From the NCBI GenBank assembly GCA_963749075.1, contig CAVVLJ010000016.1, positions 704,001 to 768,000 on the forward strand: a stretch of 64,000 nucleotides of DNA, written 5' to 3'. The position numbers and the translations under genes are program-made. Below the pieces are notes generated by a model. The model saw only the letters and a program-made list of their open reading frames with translations. It made no database searches and had not been told where the DNA came from. Positions within the stretch are counted from its first letter, which is position 1, and every line of letters begins with the position of its first letter. This document shows, piece after piece, positions 1 through 9,431 of this stretch. Source of the stretch: an uncultured Pseudomonadota bacterium. Lineage in GTDB: Bacteria; Pseudomonadota; Alphaproteobacteria; JACZXZ01.

Positions 1-1119
1 GAGTTCGCGGCCGAGTGCGGCTTCGATGCGATATGCGTCAACGAGCACCATTCGAACGGCTATGGGCTCATGCCGTCGCCCAACCTGATCGCGACGGCGC
101 TGGCACGGCGCACCACCGATACGGCGCTCTGCGTGATGGGCAACTCGCTGGCGCTTTACAATCCGCCGACGCGGGTGGCCGAGGAATTCGCCATGATCGA
201 CTGCATCTCCGGCGGCCGGCTGATCGCCGGCTTTCCGGTCGGCACGCCGATGGACACCTGCTTCGCCTACGGCCAGAACCCCAGCATGCTCCGCGAGCGC
301 TACCTCGAGGCGCACGATCTGGTGATGCGCGCGTGGCGGGAGACGGAGACCTTCGCCTTCGACGGCCGCTTCAACCAGCAGCGCTACGTCAACATCTGGC
401 CGAGGCCCGTGCAGAAGCCGCACCCGCCGGTGTGGATACCCGGCGGCGGCTCCGTCGAGACCTGGCAATGGTGTGCCGAGATGGACTACGTCTACTGCTA
501 TCTCTCCTACTACGGCTACAAGACGGGCCAGGCGACCATGCAGGGCTTCTGGGACGAGATGGCCCGCCTCGGCAAGGACCGCAATCCCTATCGCGCCGGC
601 TTCCTGCAGTTCGTCGGCGTGGCGGAGAGCCGCGCCGAGGCGATGCGTCTCTACCGCGCGCCGGCCGAGTATTTCTACGGCCGCTGCCTGCACGTCGACC
701 CGCGCTTCGCGGCACCTCCCGGTTACAGCAGCGAGGCGACCCAGCGCATGGGCTTGCAGAGCCAGGTGGCCAGGGCCGCGACCTCCTCCTCGGCCGCCCG
801 CTTCAGCAATCTGGCGCAGACCATGGAGGAGATCGTCGAGCGCGGCTACGTCGTCGTCGGCTCGCCGGACGAGGTGGCGGAGAAGCTCGAGGAGGTCGCG
901 CGCACGCTCAACGTCGGGCATCTCATGCTGCTCATGCAGTACGGCAACATGGGCAAGGAGCTGACCCAGTACAACACCCGGCTCTTCGCCGAGCGGGTGT
1001 TGCCCCGGTTGCGGCCGCTCTTCTCCGAGTGGGAGGACCGCTGGTGGCCGCAGCCGATGGCGCGCCGCGAGCGCGCGGCGCTCCCGGCCTTCTCTCCTCG
1101 ACCGGCTGCCGCCGAGTAG
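1..1119 (+). CDS. LLM-class (luciferase-like) flavin-dependent monooxygenase, 5' partial
   Basis: Frame open from base 1 (EFAAECGFDAICVNEHHSNGYG); LLM motifs NEHH, RVAEEFAMIDCISGGRL, PRPVQKPHPPVW, VGSPDEVAE. Confidence 0.85.
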   Translation, partial: EFAAECGFDAICVNEHHSNGYGLMPSPNLIATALARRTTDTALCVMGNSLALYNPPTRVAEEFAMIDCISGGRLIAGFPVGTPMDTCFAYGQNPSMLRERYLEAHDLVMRAWRETETFAFDGRFNQQRYVNIWPRPVQKPHPPVWIPGGGSVETWQWCAEMDYVYCYLSYYGYKTGQATMQGFWDEMARLGKDRNPYRAGFLQFVGVAESRAEAMRLYRAPAEYFYGRCLHVDPRFAAPPGYSSEATQRMGLQSQVARAATSSSAARFSNLAQTMEEIVERGYVVVGSPDEVAEKLEEVARTLNVGHLMLLMQYGNMGKELTQYNTRLFAERVLPRLRPLFSEWEDRWWPQPMARRERAALPAFSPRPAAAE

Positions 1120-1126
1120 CGCAAGC

Positions 1127-1909
1127 GTGAGCGAGCCGGAAACCTCGACCGTCAGCGTGAACGGCTTTCCCGCGCGCGTCTGGCGCAAAGGGAGCGGCCC
1201 CAAGCTCGGCTTCCTCGCGGGCTTCGGCGGGCTCACGCGCTGGGTCCCCTTCCTCGACCGTCTGGCGCTCGCCCGCACGGTGATCGTCCCCTCGCTGCCG
1301 GGCTTCCCCGGCGGCGACCGCGGGCACCGGGTGCTGGACAGCCATCTGGACTGGCTCCTCGCGGTCCGCGCGTTGCTCCTGGAGGCGGGTCTGGCCGGTG
1401 CCGACCTTGCGGGCAGCTCGGTCGGTGCCGCGTTCGCCGCCGAGATGGCCGCCCTTTGGCCGGACTCGGTGCGGCGCTTGGCGCTCATAGCACCCTTCGG
1501 TCTCTTCGAGGCGAGCGACCCGCCGGCCGATCCTTGGGCGCAGCGCTCGGATGGGCTCGCAGCACTGATGTGCGCCGACCCGGAGAAATGGCAGGAGCTC
1601 AAGACGGCGCCGCCCGGCGCCAACTCCGTCGAGTGGCCGATCGAGCAGACGCGCGCGAGCGAGGCGGCGGCGCGGATTTTCTGGCCGCTCGGCAACACGC
1701 GGCTCGAGAAGCGCCTGCCGCTCATCAAGGCGCCGACCTTGCTGCTGTGGGGCGAGGAGGACCGCTTGATACCGCGCGGCTACGCGAAGCGCTTCGCCGC
1801 CGGCATCGCTGCACCGAGTGCGATACGCACGATTGCCGGTGCCGGACACCTCGCGGAGCTGGATAAGCCGCAGGAGGTGGCCGAGGCCATCCTCGAGTGG
1901 CTGGCTTAG
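1127..1909 (+). CDS. alpha/beta-fold hydrolase
   Basis: PSLPGF, nucleophile elbow GSSVG, PTLLLWGEED, AGH; 7 nt after the LLM gene. Confidence 0.8.
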   Translation: MSEPETSTVSVNGFPARVWRKGSGPKLGFLAGFGGLTRWVPFLDRLALARTVIVPSLPGFPGGDRGHRVLDSHLDWLLAVRALLLEAGLAGADLAGSSVGAAFAAEMAALWPDSVRRLALIAPFGLFEASDPPADPWAQRSDGLAALMCADPEKWQELKTAPPGANSVEWPIEQTRASEAAARIFWPLGNTRLEKRLPLIKAPTLLLWGEEDRLIPRGYAKRFAAGIAAPSAIRTIAGAGHLAELDKPQEVAEAILEWLA

Positions 1910-1919
1910 GAGGCCTGCC

Positions 1920-2867
1920 ATGCCCATCGATCCCGACGCCCAGCGGGTCCTCGACCTGATCGCCGAATCCGCCCGCCCGCCCTACGAGACGCTGGCCGTG
2001 GCGGAGGCGCGGCGGCTCTATCTCGCCTCGCGCTCAGTACTCCAGCCCGACCCGCCGGAGGTGGCCGAGGTGCGCGAGACAAGGATGCCCGGGCCGGCTG
2101 GCGAGTTGCGGCTGCGTCTCTACCGAGGTGCCGGGACCGCGGCTTCGGCGACGCTGCCCTGTCTCCTCTACTACCACGGCGGCGGCTGGGTGATCGGGGA
2201 TCTCGACAGCCATGACGGCGTCTGCCGCCGCATTGCCAACGGAGCACTTTGCCGCGTCGTCTCGCTCGATTACCGCCTCGGGCCGGAGGAGCGCTTTCCC
2301 GCCGCGGTCGAGGACGCGGCGGCGGCGCTCGACTGGCTGGCGAGGAGCGCTACGTCGCTCGGCATCGATGCGGCGCGCGTGGCCGTCGGCGGCGACAGCG
2401 CGGGCGGCAATCTCGCGGCGGTCGCCTCCCTGATGGCGCGCGACGGCGAGCTGCCGATGCCGTGCTTCCAGCTCTTGATCTATCCCGCCACCGACCTCAC
2501 GGCGACGCACGCCTCCTACGCGCGCGTCATGGAGGGGTTTCCACTGACGACGCGCACGGTGAAGTGGTTCCGCGGCCACTATCTCAGGGACGCGCGCGAT
2601 GAGCTCGATTGGCGCGCCTCGCCGTTGCGCGCCGCGAGCCTCGCGGGGACGCCGCCGGCTTTCGTGCTCACGGCCGGCCATGACCCGCTCGCGGACGAGG
2701 GCATCGACTACGCGCGCCGCCTCGACCGGGAGGGCGTGCGCGCCTGCCACATGCATTTCGCCGACCAGATGCACGGCTTCCTGACGATGGGGCGGATCAT
2801 CCGGGCGACCGAGGTGGCGCTCGAGGCGATCTCAGCGGCGCTGCGCCGCGCGTGGCTGCCGGCCTGA
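1920..2867 (+). CDS. HSL-family esterase/lipase (alpha/beta hydrolase_3)
   Basis: HGGGW, DYRL, GDSAGG, DPL, HGF motifs; GGAGG RBS before ATG 1920. Confidence 0.9.
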   Translation: MPIDPDAQRVLDLIAESARPPYETLAVAEARRLYLASRSVLQPDPPEVAEVRETRMPGPAGELRLRLYRGAGTAASATLPCLLYYHGGGWVIGDLDSHDGVCRRIANGALCRVVSLDYRLGPEERFPAAVEDAAAALDWLARSATSLGIDAARVAVGGDSAGGNLAAVASLMARDGELPMPCFQLLIYPATDLTATHASYARVMEGFPLTTRTVKWFRGHYLRDARDELDWRASPLRAASLAGTPPAFVLTAGHDPLADEGIDYARRLDREGVRACHMHFADQMHGFLTMGRIIRATEVALEAISAALRRAWLPA

Positions 2868-2877
2868 TCGAGGGAAT

Positions 2878-3927
2878 TTACGGCTTCAGGATCGCGCGCC
2901 CGACGATGCGGCCGCCCTTGAGCTCGTTGAGGGTCGCTTCGGCCTCGGCGAGAGGGCGCGGGCTCAAGGGTATGGCCTCGACCGAGCCGGCCCTGACGAG
3001 CGCCATCAGCTCGGCCATCTCGGCGAGCGTGCCGACATAGGAGCCCTGGATCGCCACCGCGCGCAGCGGCAGCATGGGGAGCGGAGTTTGGAAGGCGCCG
3101 CCGAAGAGCCCGACGACGACGAGCACGCCGCCCTTGCGCAGCACCTCGAAGCCGAACTTGGCCGTGGCCTCGGCGCCCACGAAGTCGATCGCCGCGGCGA
3201 CGCCGCCGCCCGTCGCCTTGACGAGATTGCGCGCCGCGTCGGCGGCTGCCGGATCGATGGTCGCCTCGGCGCCCGCCGAGAAGGCGGCGGCGCGCTTTGC
3301 CTCGTCGATGTCGGCGACGATGGGCGCCACCCCGGTTACCCGCTTGGCAAGGCGCACGCCGGCCAGGCCCACGCCGCCCGCGCCGATGACGAGGAGTGGA
3401 TCGTCGCCGTCGAGCGGCGCCACCTTCTTGAGTGCTGAATAGGCGGTGAGGCCCGAGCAGGCATAGGTGCAGGCGAGCTCCTCGGGTACCGAGCCGAAAG
3501 CGAAGAGATAGCGCGGATGGGGCACCAGCACGTGGTCGGCGAAGCCGCCCGGCACGTTGATGCCGAGCTGGCGCGGCCGCGCGCAGAGCTCCTCATGGCC
3601 GCGGCGGCACACGGCGCATGCGCCGCAGCCGATCCAGGGATAGGCAACGCGGCGCTCGCCGAGGCTCACTCCCTTCGCCTCGGGCCCTAAGGCCACCACC
3701 TCGCCCGCGATCTCGTGGCCGAGCACGTGGGGCAGCGGAATGCCGCGCGAGAGATCGAGCTTGCGCTCGTTGCCGAGGGCGAAATAGCCGTCGCGCAGAT
3801 GGAGGTCGCTGTGGCAGACGCCGCAGGCGGTCACGCGCAGCAGCACCTCGCTTCCCTTGGGCTCCGGCGTCGCCGATTTGGCCTCTTCAAGCGCAGCACC
3901 GAAGGCCGTGAGTTGATAGCTCCGCAT
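2878..3927 (-). CDS. zinc-dependent alcohol dehydrogenase
   Basis: CHSD, GHE, CGACAVC...C structural Zn site, GAGGVG Rossmann motif; start MRSYQL. Confidence 0.9.
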   Translation of the reverse strand: MRSYQLTAFGAALEEAKSATPEPKGSEVLLRVTACGVCHSDLHLRDGYFALGNERKLDLSRGIPLPHVLGHEIAGEVVALGPEAKGVSLGERRVAYPWIGCGACAVCRRGHEELCARPRQLGINVPGGFADHVLVPHPRYLFAFGSVPEELACTYACSGLTAYSALKKVAPLDGDDPLLVIGAGGVGLAGVRLAKRVTGVAPIVADIDEAKRAAAFSAGAEATIDPAAADAARNLVKATGGGVAAAIDFVGAEATAKFGFEVLRKGGVLVVVGLFGGAFQTPLPMLPLRAVAIQGSYVGTLAEMAELMALVRAGSVEAIPLSPRPLAEAEATLNELKGGRIVGRAILKP

Positions 3928-3950
3928 CGCGTGGTCTCCTCGTGGAAGTT

Positions 3951-4039
3951 CACCCCCCACTCTACCCTCCCCCTCAAGGGGGGAGGGGAAGCTGAGTAGC
4001 CCCCTCCCCCCTTGAGGGGGAGGGATGGGGAGGGGGGTG
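3951..4039. repeat. REP-like palindromic doublet, family A (CCCTCCCCCTCAAGGGGGGAGG core)
   Basis: Two inverted units CACCCCCC..CCCTCCCCCTCAAGGGGGGAGGGG and CCCCTCCCCCCTTGAGGGGGAGGG..GGGGGGTG around a short spacer. Confidence 0.8.
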
Positions 4040-4047
4040 CATTCCGT

Positions 4048-5913
4048 TCATGACGCGGCACTCGAGACTACCAGCGCGAGCCGAATGATCTCCGCGTCCT
4101 CGCCGTAGAGCCGCTCGACGAGGGCGGCGCGGCGCTCGAGCACGGCGCGCTGGTTGATATAGCCCTTGTCGGTGATCTCGCCGGCGTCGATCGACGGCGG
4201 CTCGACCATGAGAAGGGCGGCTGCGACGCGCCGGCTCGAGGCAGGGTTCGCCTCGTTGTGCGCTATGAGCCCGGCCGAGAGCTTGCCCCGCACCTCGGGC
4301 CGGGCGACGAGCTCGGCGAGCGGCGTGTCATGGGCGGCGTCGCGGCAGAGCGTGCGGCAGCCCGCCGGGTTGGGAAAGACGAGGATGGCGATCTCGCCAC
4401 GGTCGTGGCCAGCAATCACGATGTCCTGCGCCACCGGCGCGGCGGCCGTGAGCAGCTCCGTCCGCAGCTCGCCGACATGCACCCAGCTCCCGGAGCTGAG
4501 CTTGAAGTTCTCGGCGAGGCGGCCGTCGAAGAGGATGCCCTGCTGCGGGTCGCACGCATCGGCGAGCTTGCCCGCGTCGCCCATCTTGAGGAAGCCGTCC
4601 TCGTCGAAGAGGCCCGCCGTGAGCTCGGGCCGCCGCCAATAGCCGGGTGTCACGCAGGGTCCCTTGACGCGCAGCTCGAGCTTGCTGCCCACGGGTGCCA
4701 GCTTGATCTCGGTGCCGGGGCCGGGCAGGCCGATGACGCCCGGCCGCTCGATGATGAAATGCACCTTGGTGGCGCTCGGCGCCGTCTCGGTCGAGCCCCA
4801 GGCCGCGAGCATGGGAATGCGCCGGCCGGTCGCCGCGATCGAGAGCCGCTCGAGCCGCTCCCAGAGATGCTGCGGCAAGGCGGCCGCGGCGTAGAAGATC
4901 ATGTCGAGCTCGCGGAAGAAGGTCGCCCGCAATGCCGCATCGCGCTCGAGGTAGGGGACCAGCATGTCGTAACCGCGCGGCACGTTGAAATGGATGGTGG
5001 CGCTGACCTCACTGAGGTTCTTGACCGTGGTCTCGATCAGCCCGGGCGCCGGCTTGCCGCCGTCGATATAGAGAGTGCCGCCGTTGCGGATGACCAGGTT
5101 GAAGTTGTGGTTGCCGCCGAAGGTGTGGTTCCACGGCAGCCAATCGACGAGCACCGGCGGCCGCTCGGCAAGGAACGGCCAGAGCTGTGCTATCGCCTGC
5201 TGGTTGGAGACGAGCATGCGCTGGGTATTGATGACGCCCTTGGGCCGGCCCGTCGAGCCCGAGGTGAAGAGTATCTTGGCGATGGTGTCGGGCCCCACCT
5301 CGGCGGCGGCGCGCGCCACGGCCGCACCGGGCGGCCGCGCCATGAGCTCGGCGAAGGCGGTCGCCTTGCGGCCGGGCGGCGGGTTGCTGCTCACCGCGAG
5401 CTCGCAGGTCTCCGGCACGGCGGCGGCGATGGCAGCCGAATATCGGGCGCCGTCGGCGGCAAAGACAAGGCCGGGCCGCACCAGCTCGACGATATATTTG
5501 AGCTGGCCGTGGTCGCGCGACATCAGGGAATAGGCGGGCGACACCGGCACGACGGGGATGCCCACCTGCATCGCCGCGAGCGAGAGGAGGGCGAAGTCGA
5601 TGCCGTTGTCGGAGAGGATCATGACCGGCCGCTCGCCGTCGAGGCCGCGCTCGAGGAGGGCCGCCGCGATGCGCTCGACCGCGGCGAGCGCCTCGCCGTA
5701 GCTCACCTTGCGCCAGCTCCCGCCGGGCGCGCGCTCGGCGAAGAGCGTGCGCGCGGGCGCCCGCTCGGCCCACCCCGCAAGGAGCTCGCCGATGCTGCGC
5801 GGGTAGGGTGCGAGCTCCTGGCGCGCGCGCAGCACGAGCCCGCCGCCGGGAAGCGCGCGGCTCTCGATGTCCGGGCGGGCCAGGCTCAAGGGCTTGTAAG
5901 GCGGCTTCGCCAT
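4048..5913 (-). CDS. fcs: feruloyl-CoA synthase-type acyl-CoA ligase
   Basis: FTSGSTGRPKG AMP-binding motif, DWLPWNHTFGGNHNF, C-terminal GEITDKGYINQRAVL typical of the Fcs family. Confidence 0.8.
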   Translation of the reverse strand: MAKPPYKPLSLARPDIESRALPGGGLVLRARQELAPYPRSIGELLAGWAERAPARTLFAERAPGGSWRKVSYGEALAAVERIAAALLERGLDGERPVMILSDNGIDFALLSLAAMQVGIPVVPVSPAYSLMSRDHGQLKYIVELVRPGLVFAADGARYSAAIAAAVPETCELAVSSNPPPGRKATAFAELMARPPGAAVARAAAEVGPDTIAKILFTSGSTGRPKGVINTQRMLVSNQQAIAQLWPFLAERPPVLVDWLPWNHTFGGNHNFNLVIRNGGTLYIDGGKPAPGLIETTVKNLSEVSATIHFNVPRGYDMLVPYLERDAALRATFFRELDMIFYAAAALPQHLWERLERLSIAATGRRIPMLAAWGSTETAPSATKVHFIIERPGVIGLPGPGTEIKLAPVGSKLELRVKGPCVTPGYWRRPELTAGLFDEDGFLKMGDAGKLADACDPQQGILFDGRLAENFKLSSGSWVHVGELRTELLTAAAPVAQDIVIAGHDRGEIAILVFPNPAGCRTLCRDAAHDTPLAELVARPEVRGKLSAGLIAHNEANPASSRRVAAALLMVEPPSIDAGEITDKGYINQRAVLERRAALVERLYGEDAEIIRLALVVSSAAS

Positions 5914-6040
5914 GGTGCCTTTTCCGTGCGCATCGGTTCCATCTCAGCGCATCGCATCCGGCCTGTCGAGGGGCTTCGCTATGAATGACGTGCATTTTGG
6001 TGTAGTCACCGCCGAAGGTCGGAGGTGTGATGCCGAGTTA

Positions 6041-6209
6041 TCCCTCACCCTCCCATCCCTTCGGGATGGGCCCCTCATCGATCCGCTTCGCGGCTCGATC
6101 CCGCAAGCGGGAGAGGGATTTCGGCATACGCCATCGATGCCTTCGATACCCTCTCCCGCTTGCGGGAGAGGGAAGGGGCCCATCGCACAGCGATGGGAAG
6201 GGTGAGGGA
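6041..6209. repeat. REP-like palindromic doublet, family A variant (CCCTCTCCCGCAAGCGGGAGAGGG)
   Basis: Inverted units TCCCTCACCCTCCCATC...CCCGCAAGCGGGAGAGGG and CCCTCTCCCGCTTGCGGGAGAGGG...GATGGGAAGGGTGAGGGA. Confidence 0.8.
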
Positions 6210-6223
6210 ATGCCCGCTCTCCC

Positions 6224-7183
6224 ATGACCGCGCGCACTCTCAACCGGCTCACGCTCGCGGCGAGCCTCGTCGTCCTCGCCGCCGCCGCCTATGTGCTCGA
6301 GCGCAATCTCGCGACCATGCGCCTCGCGGATTTGATCGCCAACCTGCGCGCAATGCCTTGGCTGCGCGTAGCCGGCGCCCTTCTCTGCAGTGCCGCGAGC
6401 TATGCGGTGCTCACGGCCTATGACTATCTGGCGCTCCGCTACATCGGCCGCAGCCTGCCGTTCCGCAAGGTGGCCTTCACGTCCTTCGTCGCCTTCGCGA
6501 TCAGCCAGAACATCGGTGCCGCACTCGTGAGCGGCGGCTCGGTGCGCTACCGTATCTATTCGGCTCTCGGCCTCGGTCTGCGAGAGATCGCCGAGATCGT
6601 GGTGTTCTGCGCCGTGACTTTCGCACTCGGCGTCACCACGGTCGGCGGGCTCATGCTGGCGCTCTATCCGCGCGAGGTGGCGCACGTTCTCGCCATTGCG
6701 CCCGCCTCGATGCGCGCCTTGGGCGCCGTCCTCCTCGCCGCCGGCCTCCTCTATCTCGCCGCCTCGCTCCTCTGGCGCGGCCCCATAGCACTTGGCCGCT
6801 ACCGGCTGCGCCTGCCGAGCTTCGCCTCGGGTGTCGCACAGATGACGGTGGCATCGGTCGATCTCGCGCTGTCGGGCGCCGTCGTCTATCTCCTCCTGCC
6901 GCTCGATGCGGACGTGAGCTACAGGAGCTTCCTCGCCGTCTACGTGCTCGCGGCGGCGGCCTCGATCCTCTCCCACGTGCCGGGCGGCCTCGGCGTTTTC
7001 GAGCTGGTGATCGTGGTCATGCTGCCCGCGGTGCCCAAGGCCGCCTCGATGGCGGCACTCGTCGGCTTCCGCTGCCTCTATTTCCTGCTGCCGCTTGCCT
7101 TGGCGCTCGCCGCCATGGCGCTCTATGAGCTCTCGCGCGGGGAGCGCGCGCTCGAGCAGCGGCTCAAGGGGCGGGAGCGCTGA
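6224..7183 (+). CDS. lysylphosphatidylglycerol synthase TM-domain (UPF0104 / MprF N-terminal-like) membrane protein
   Basis: Multi-TM; YDYLAL, GGSVRYRIYS, HVPGGLGVFE motifs. Confidence 0.8.
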   Translation: MTARTLNRLTLAASLVVLAAAAYVLERNLATMRLADLIANLRAMPWLRVAGALLCSAASYAVLTAYDYLALRYIGRSLPFRKVAFTSFVAFAISQNIGAALVSGGSVRYRIYSALGLGLREIAEIVVFCAVTFALGVTTVGGLMLALYPREVAHVLAIAPASMRALGAVLLAAGLLYLAASLLWRGPIALGRYRLRLPSFASGVAQMTVASVDLALSGAVVYLLLPLDADVSYRSFLAVYVLAAAASILSHVPGGLGVFELVIVVMLPAVPKAASMAALVGFRCLYFLLPLALALAAMALYELSRGERALEQRLKGRER

Positions 7184-7204
7184 TCGCCGGCGCCGGCCGC
7201 CGCC

Positions 7205-8593
7205 TCAGCCACCTTCCTCGGGCGCCTTCTCGAAGGAGGCCGTGACGCGCAGGCCCGGCGCGTTGTCGTCGAGCGCCAGGCTCGCGCGGTGCAGCTTGGC
7301 GACCGCCGCGACGAGGCTCAGGCCGAGGCCGCTTCCGGGCGAGGTGCGGCTCGCGTCGAGGCGCACGAAACGCTCGAGCACGCGCTCGCGGTCCTCGGGC
7401 GGGATGCCGGGCCCGCTGTCGGCCACCACGAGCTCGGCGCGCTCGCCGGCGCTGCGCACGGCGAGCAGGATGCTGCCGCCCGCGGGCGTGTATTTGATGG
7501 CGTTGTCGAGCAGGTTGGCGACGCTCTGGGCGAGGAGCTGGGCATGGCCGACGATGGCCACCCCGTCCTCGATTGCGACCTCGAGCGCCAGGTCCTTGCC
7601 CTCGGCCAGGGGCTCATAGAGCTCGAGGGCGGCGCGCGCGAGCTCGCCGAGCTCGAGCCGCGTCATGGCGGCGCGCGCGGTGCCGGCCTCGGCCTCGGTG
7701 ATCGCGAGGAGGGCGGTGAAGGTGGCGAGGATGGCGTCCGCGTCGGCGATGGTCCCCTCGAGCGTATCGCGGTAGCATTCGGCGTCGCGCGGACCGCGCA
7801 AGGCCACCTCGATGCGGCCCTTGAGCCGCGTGAGCGGGCTCCTCAGGTCGTGCGCGAGGCTGTCGGTGACGGCGCGCATGCCGATCATGAGCTGCTCGAT
7901 CTGCTCGAGCATCTCGTTGAGGCTGGCGGAGAGCCGGTCGAACTCGTCGCCGCTGCCTTCGAGCGGCACGCGGCCGGCGAGGTCGCCGCGCACGATGCGG
8001 CGGCTGGTCTCCGCCACCGCCTCGACCCGCTCCAGGAGCTTGTGGCTGAGGAAGAGGGCGCCGGCGACGGCGAGCAGCATGGTGATGACGAGGGCGACCG
8101 CAAGGGTCTTGGCGATGACCTCCTGGAAGGCCGAGCGCTCGGCCATGTCGCGCCCGACGACCAGGCGAAAGCCGCCTTGCAGCCGGAACGGCTTGGCGCG
8201 CACCTCGTGCGTCGTCGTCACCCCGTGGTCGTTGCGCTCGACCTCGAAGCTGAGCCAGCCGTCCTTCTCGGTGGCGTTGGCGGGCCAGGCGTTGAGGTTG
8301 CCGGCGAGCGGCAGGAGGTCCGGGCCGGTCAGGAGGTAGATGCTGCCCTTCTCGCCCTTGCTGCCGCTGCGCTCGGCCACCACCTCCGTGAGGCGGTCGA
8401 GCCCGCGCTCGCTGTATTGCTCCGCCAGCCCGCGGACCTCGGCCTCAACGGTGGCGTTGGTCTGCTGGTCGATCAGCTCGATGGTGCCGAGATAGAGGAA
8501 ACCGAAGAGGATGACGAGGAGCACCCCGAAGGGTGCCATATAGATGAGGGCGCGCCGGAAGGTCGCGGTGCGGAGAAGGCGGCCGGTTCTCAC
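7205..8593 (-). CDS. HAMP-domain sensor histidine kinase
   Basis: Two TM segments, HAMP (DEFDRLS), H-box AHDLRSPLTRL, NLLDNAIKY, DSGPGI, GSGLGL. Confidence 0.92.
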   Translation of the reverse strand: MRTGRLLRTATFRRALIYMAPFGVLLVILFGFLYLGTIELIDQQTNATVEAEVRGLAEQYSERGLDRLTEVVAERSGSKGEKGSIYLLTGPDLLPLAGNLNAWPANATEKDGWLSFEVERNDHGVTTTHEVRAKPFRLQGGFRLVVGRDMAERSAFQEVIAKTLAVALVITMLLAVAGALFLSHKLLERVEAVAETSRRIVRGDLAGRVPLEGSGDEFDRLSASLNEMLEQIEQLMIGMRAVTDSLAHDLRSPLTRLKGRIEVALRGPRDAECYRDTLEGTIADADAILATFTALLAITEAEAGTARAAMTRLELGELARAALELYEPLAEGKDLALEVAIEDGVAIVGHAQLLAQSVANLLDNAIKYTPAGGSILLAVRSAGERAELVVADSGPGIPPEDRERVLERFVRLDASRTSPGSGLGLSLVAAVAKLHRASLALDDNAPGLRVTASFEKAPEEGG

Positions 8594-8605
8594 GAAGCTC
8601 CACTC

Positions 8606-9286
8606 TCATGCCGAATCCGGGCGCAGGCTGTAGCCGGCACCCCGCACGGTGTGGAGCAGCGGGCGCTCGAAGCCGCGGTCGATCTTCTGCCTGAGCCGGC
8701 TCACGTGGACGTCGATGACGTTGGTCTGCGGATCGAAGTGGTAGTCCCACACGCCTTCGAGCAGCATGGTGCGCGTCACCACCTGGCCGGCGTGGCGCAT
8801 GAGATACTCGAGGAGCTTGAACTCGCGCGGCTGCAGCTCGATCGCCTTGCCGGCGCGCCGCACGCTGCGCGCGAGCAGGTCCATCTCGAGATCGCCGACC
8901 TTGAGCCGCTGCACGGCGCCCTCGGCGGCACCGCGCCGCATGATCGCCTCGAGGCGCGCGAGGAGCTCGGAGAAGGCATAGGGCTTGGTGAGGTAATCGT
9001 CGCCGCCCGCGCGCAGGCCCTTGACCCGGTCGTCGACCTGGGCGAGCGCCGAGAGGATGAGGACGGGCGTGCCCTTGCTCTGGGCGCGCAGCGTCTGCAC
9101 GATGGAGAGACCGTCCAATCCCGGCAGCATGCGGTCGACGATCATGGCGTCGTAAGTCTCGCTGAGCGCCTTGAAGAGGCCGTCGCGCCCCTCGCTGGCC
9201 CGGTCGACGACGTAGCCGCTCTCGGTCAGTCCTTTGACGAGATAATCGGCGGTGGCCTCGTCGTCCTCGATGACCAGGATGCGCAT
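8606..9286 (-). CDS. OmpR-family response regulator
   Basis: MRILVIEDD, DRMLPGLDG, DDYLTKPY, winged helix NVIDVHVSRLRQKID. Confidence 0.93.
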   Translation of the reverse strand: MRILVIEDDEATADYLVKGLTESGYVVDRASEGRDGLFKALSETYDAMIVDRMLPGLDGLSIVQTLRAQSKGTPVLILSALAQVDDRVKGLRAGGDDYLTKPYAFSELLARLEAIMRRGAAEGAVQRLKVGDLEMDLLARSVRRAGKAIELQPREFKLLEYLMRHAGQVVTRTMLLEGVWDYHFDPQTNVIDVHVSRLRQKIDRGFERPLLHTVRGAGYSLRPDSA

Positions 9287-9335
9287 GAGGGGAGAGTACC
9301 AAGCGGGGAAAACGAAACCAATGGCGGCCCTGCAT

Positions 9336-9402
9336 CCCCCTCGCCCTACCCTCTCCCCCGCAAGGGGGAGAGGGAGGCTCGGCGGGCGAGCAGGGCGGGG
9401 GA
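9336..9402. repeat. degenerate family A REP-like unit
   Basis: CCCTACCCTCTCCCCCGCAAGGGGGAGAGGGAGG hairpin core. Confidence 0.6.
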
Positions 9403-9431
9403 GGCCATGCTTACGCCTGCGGCAAGGGGGC

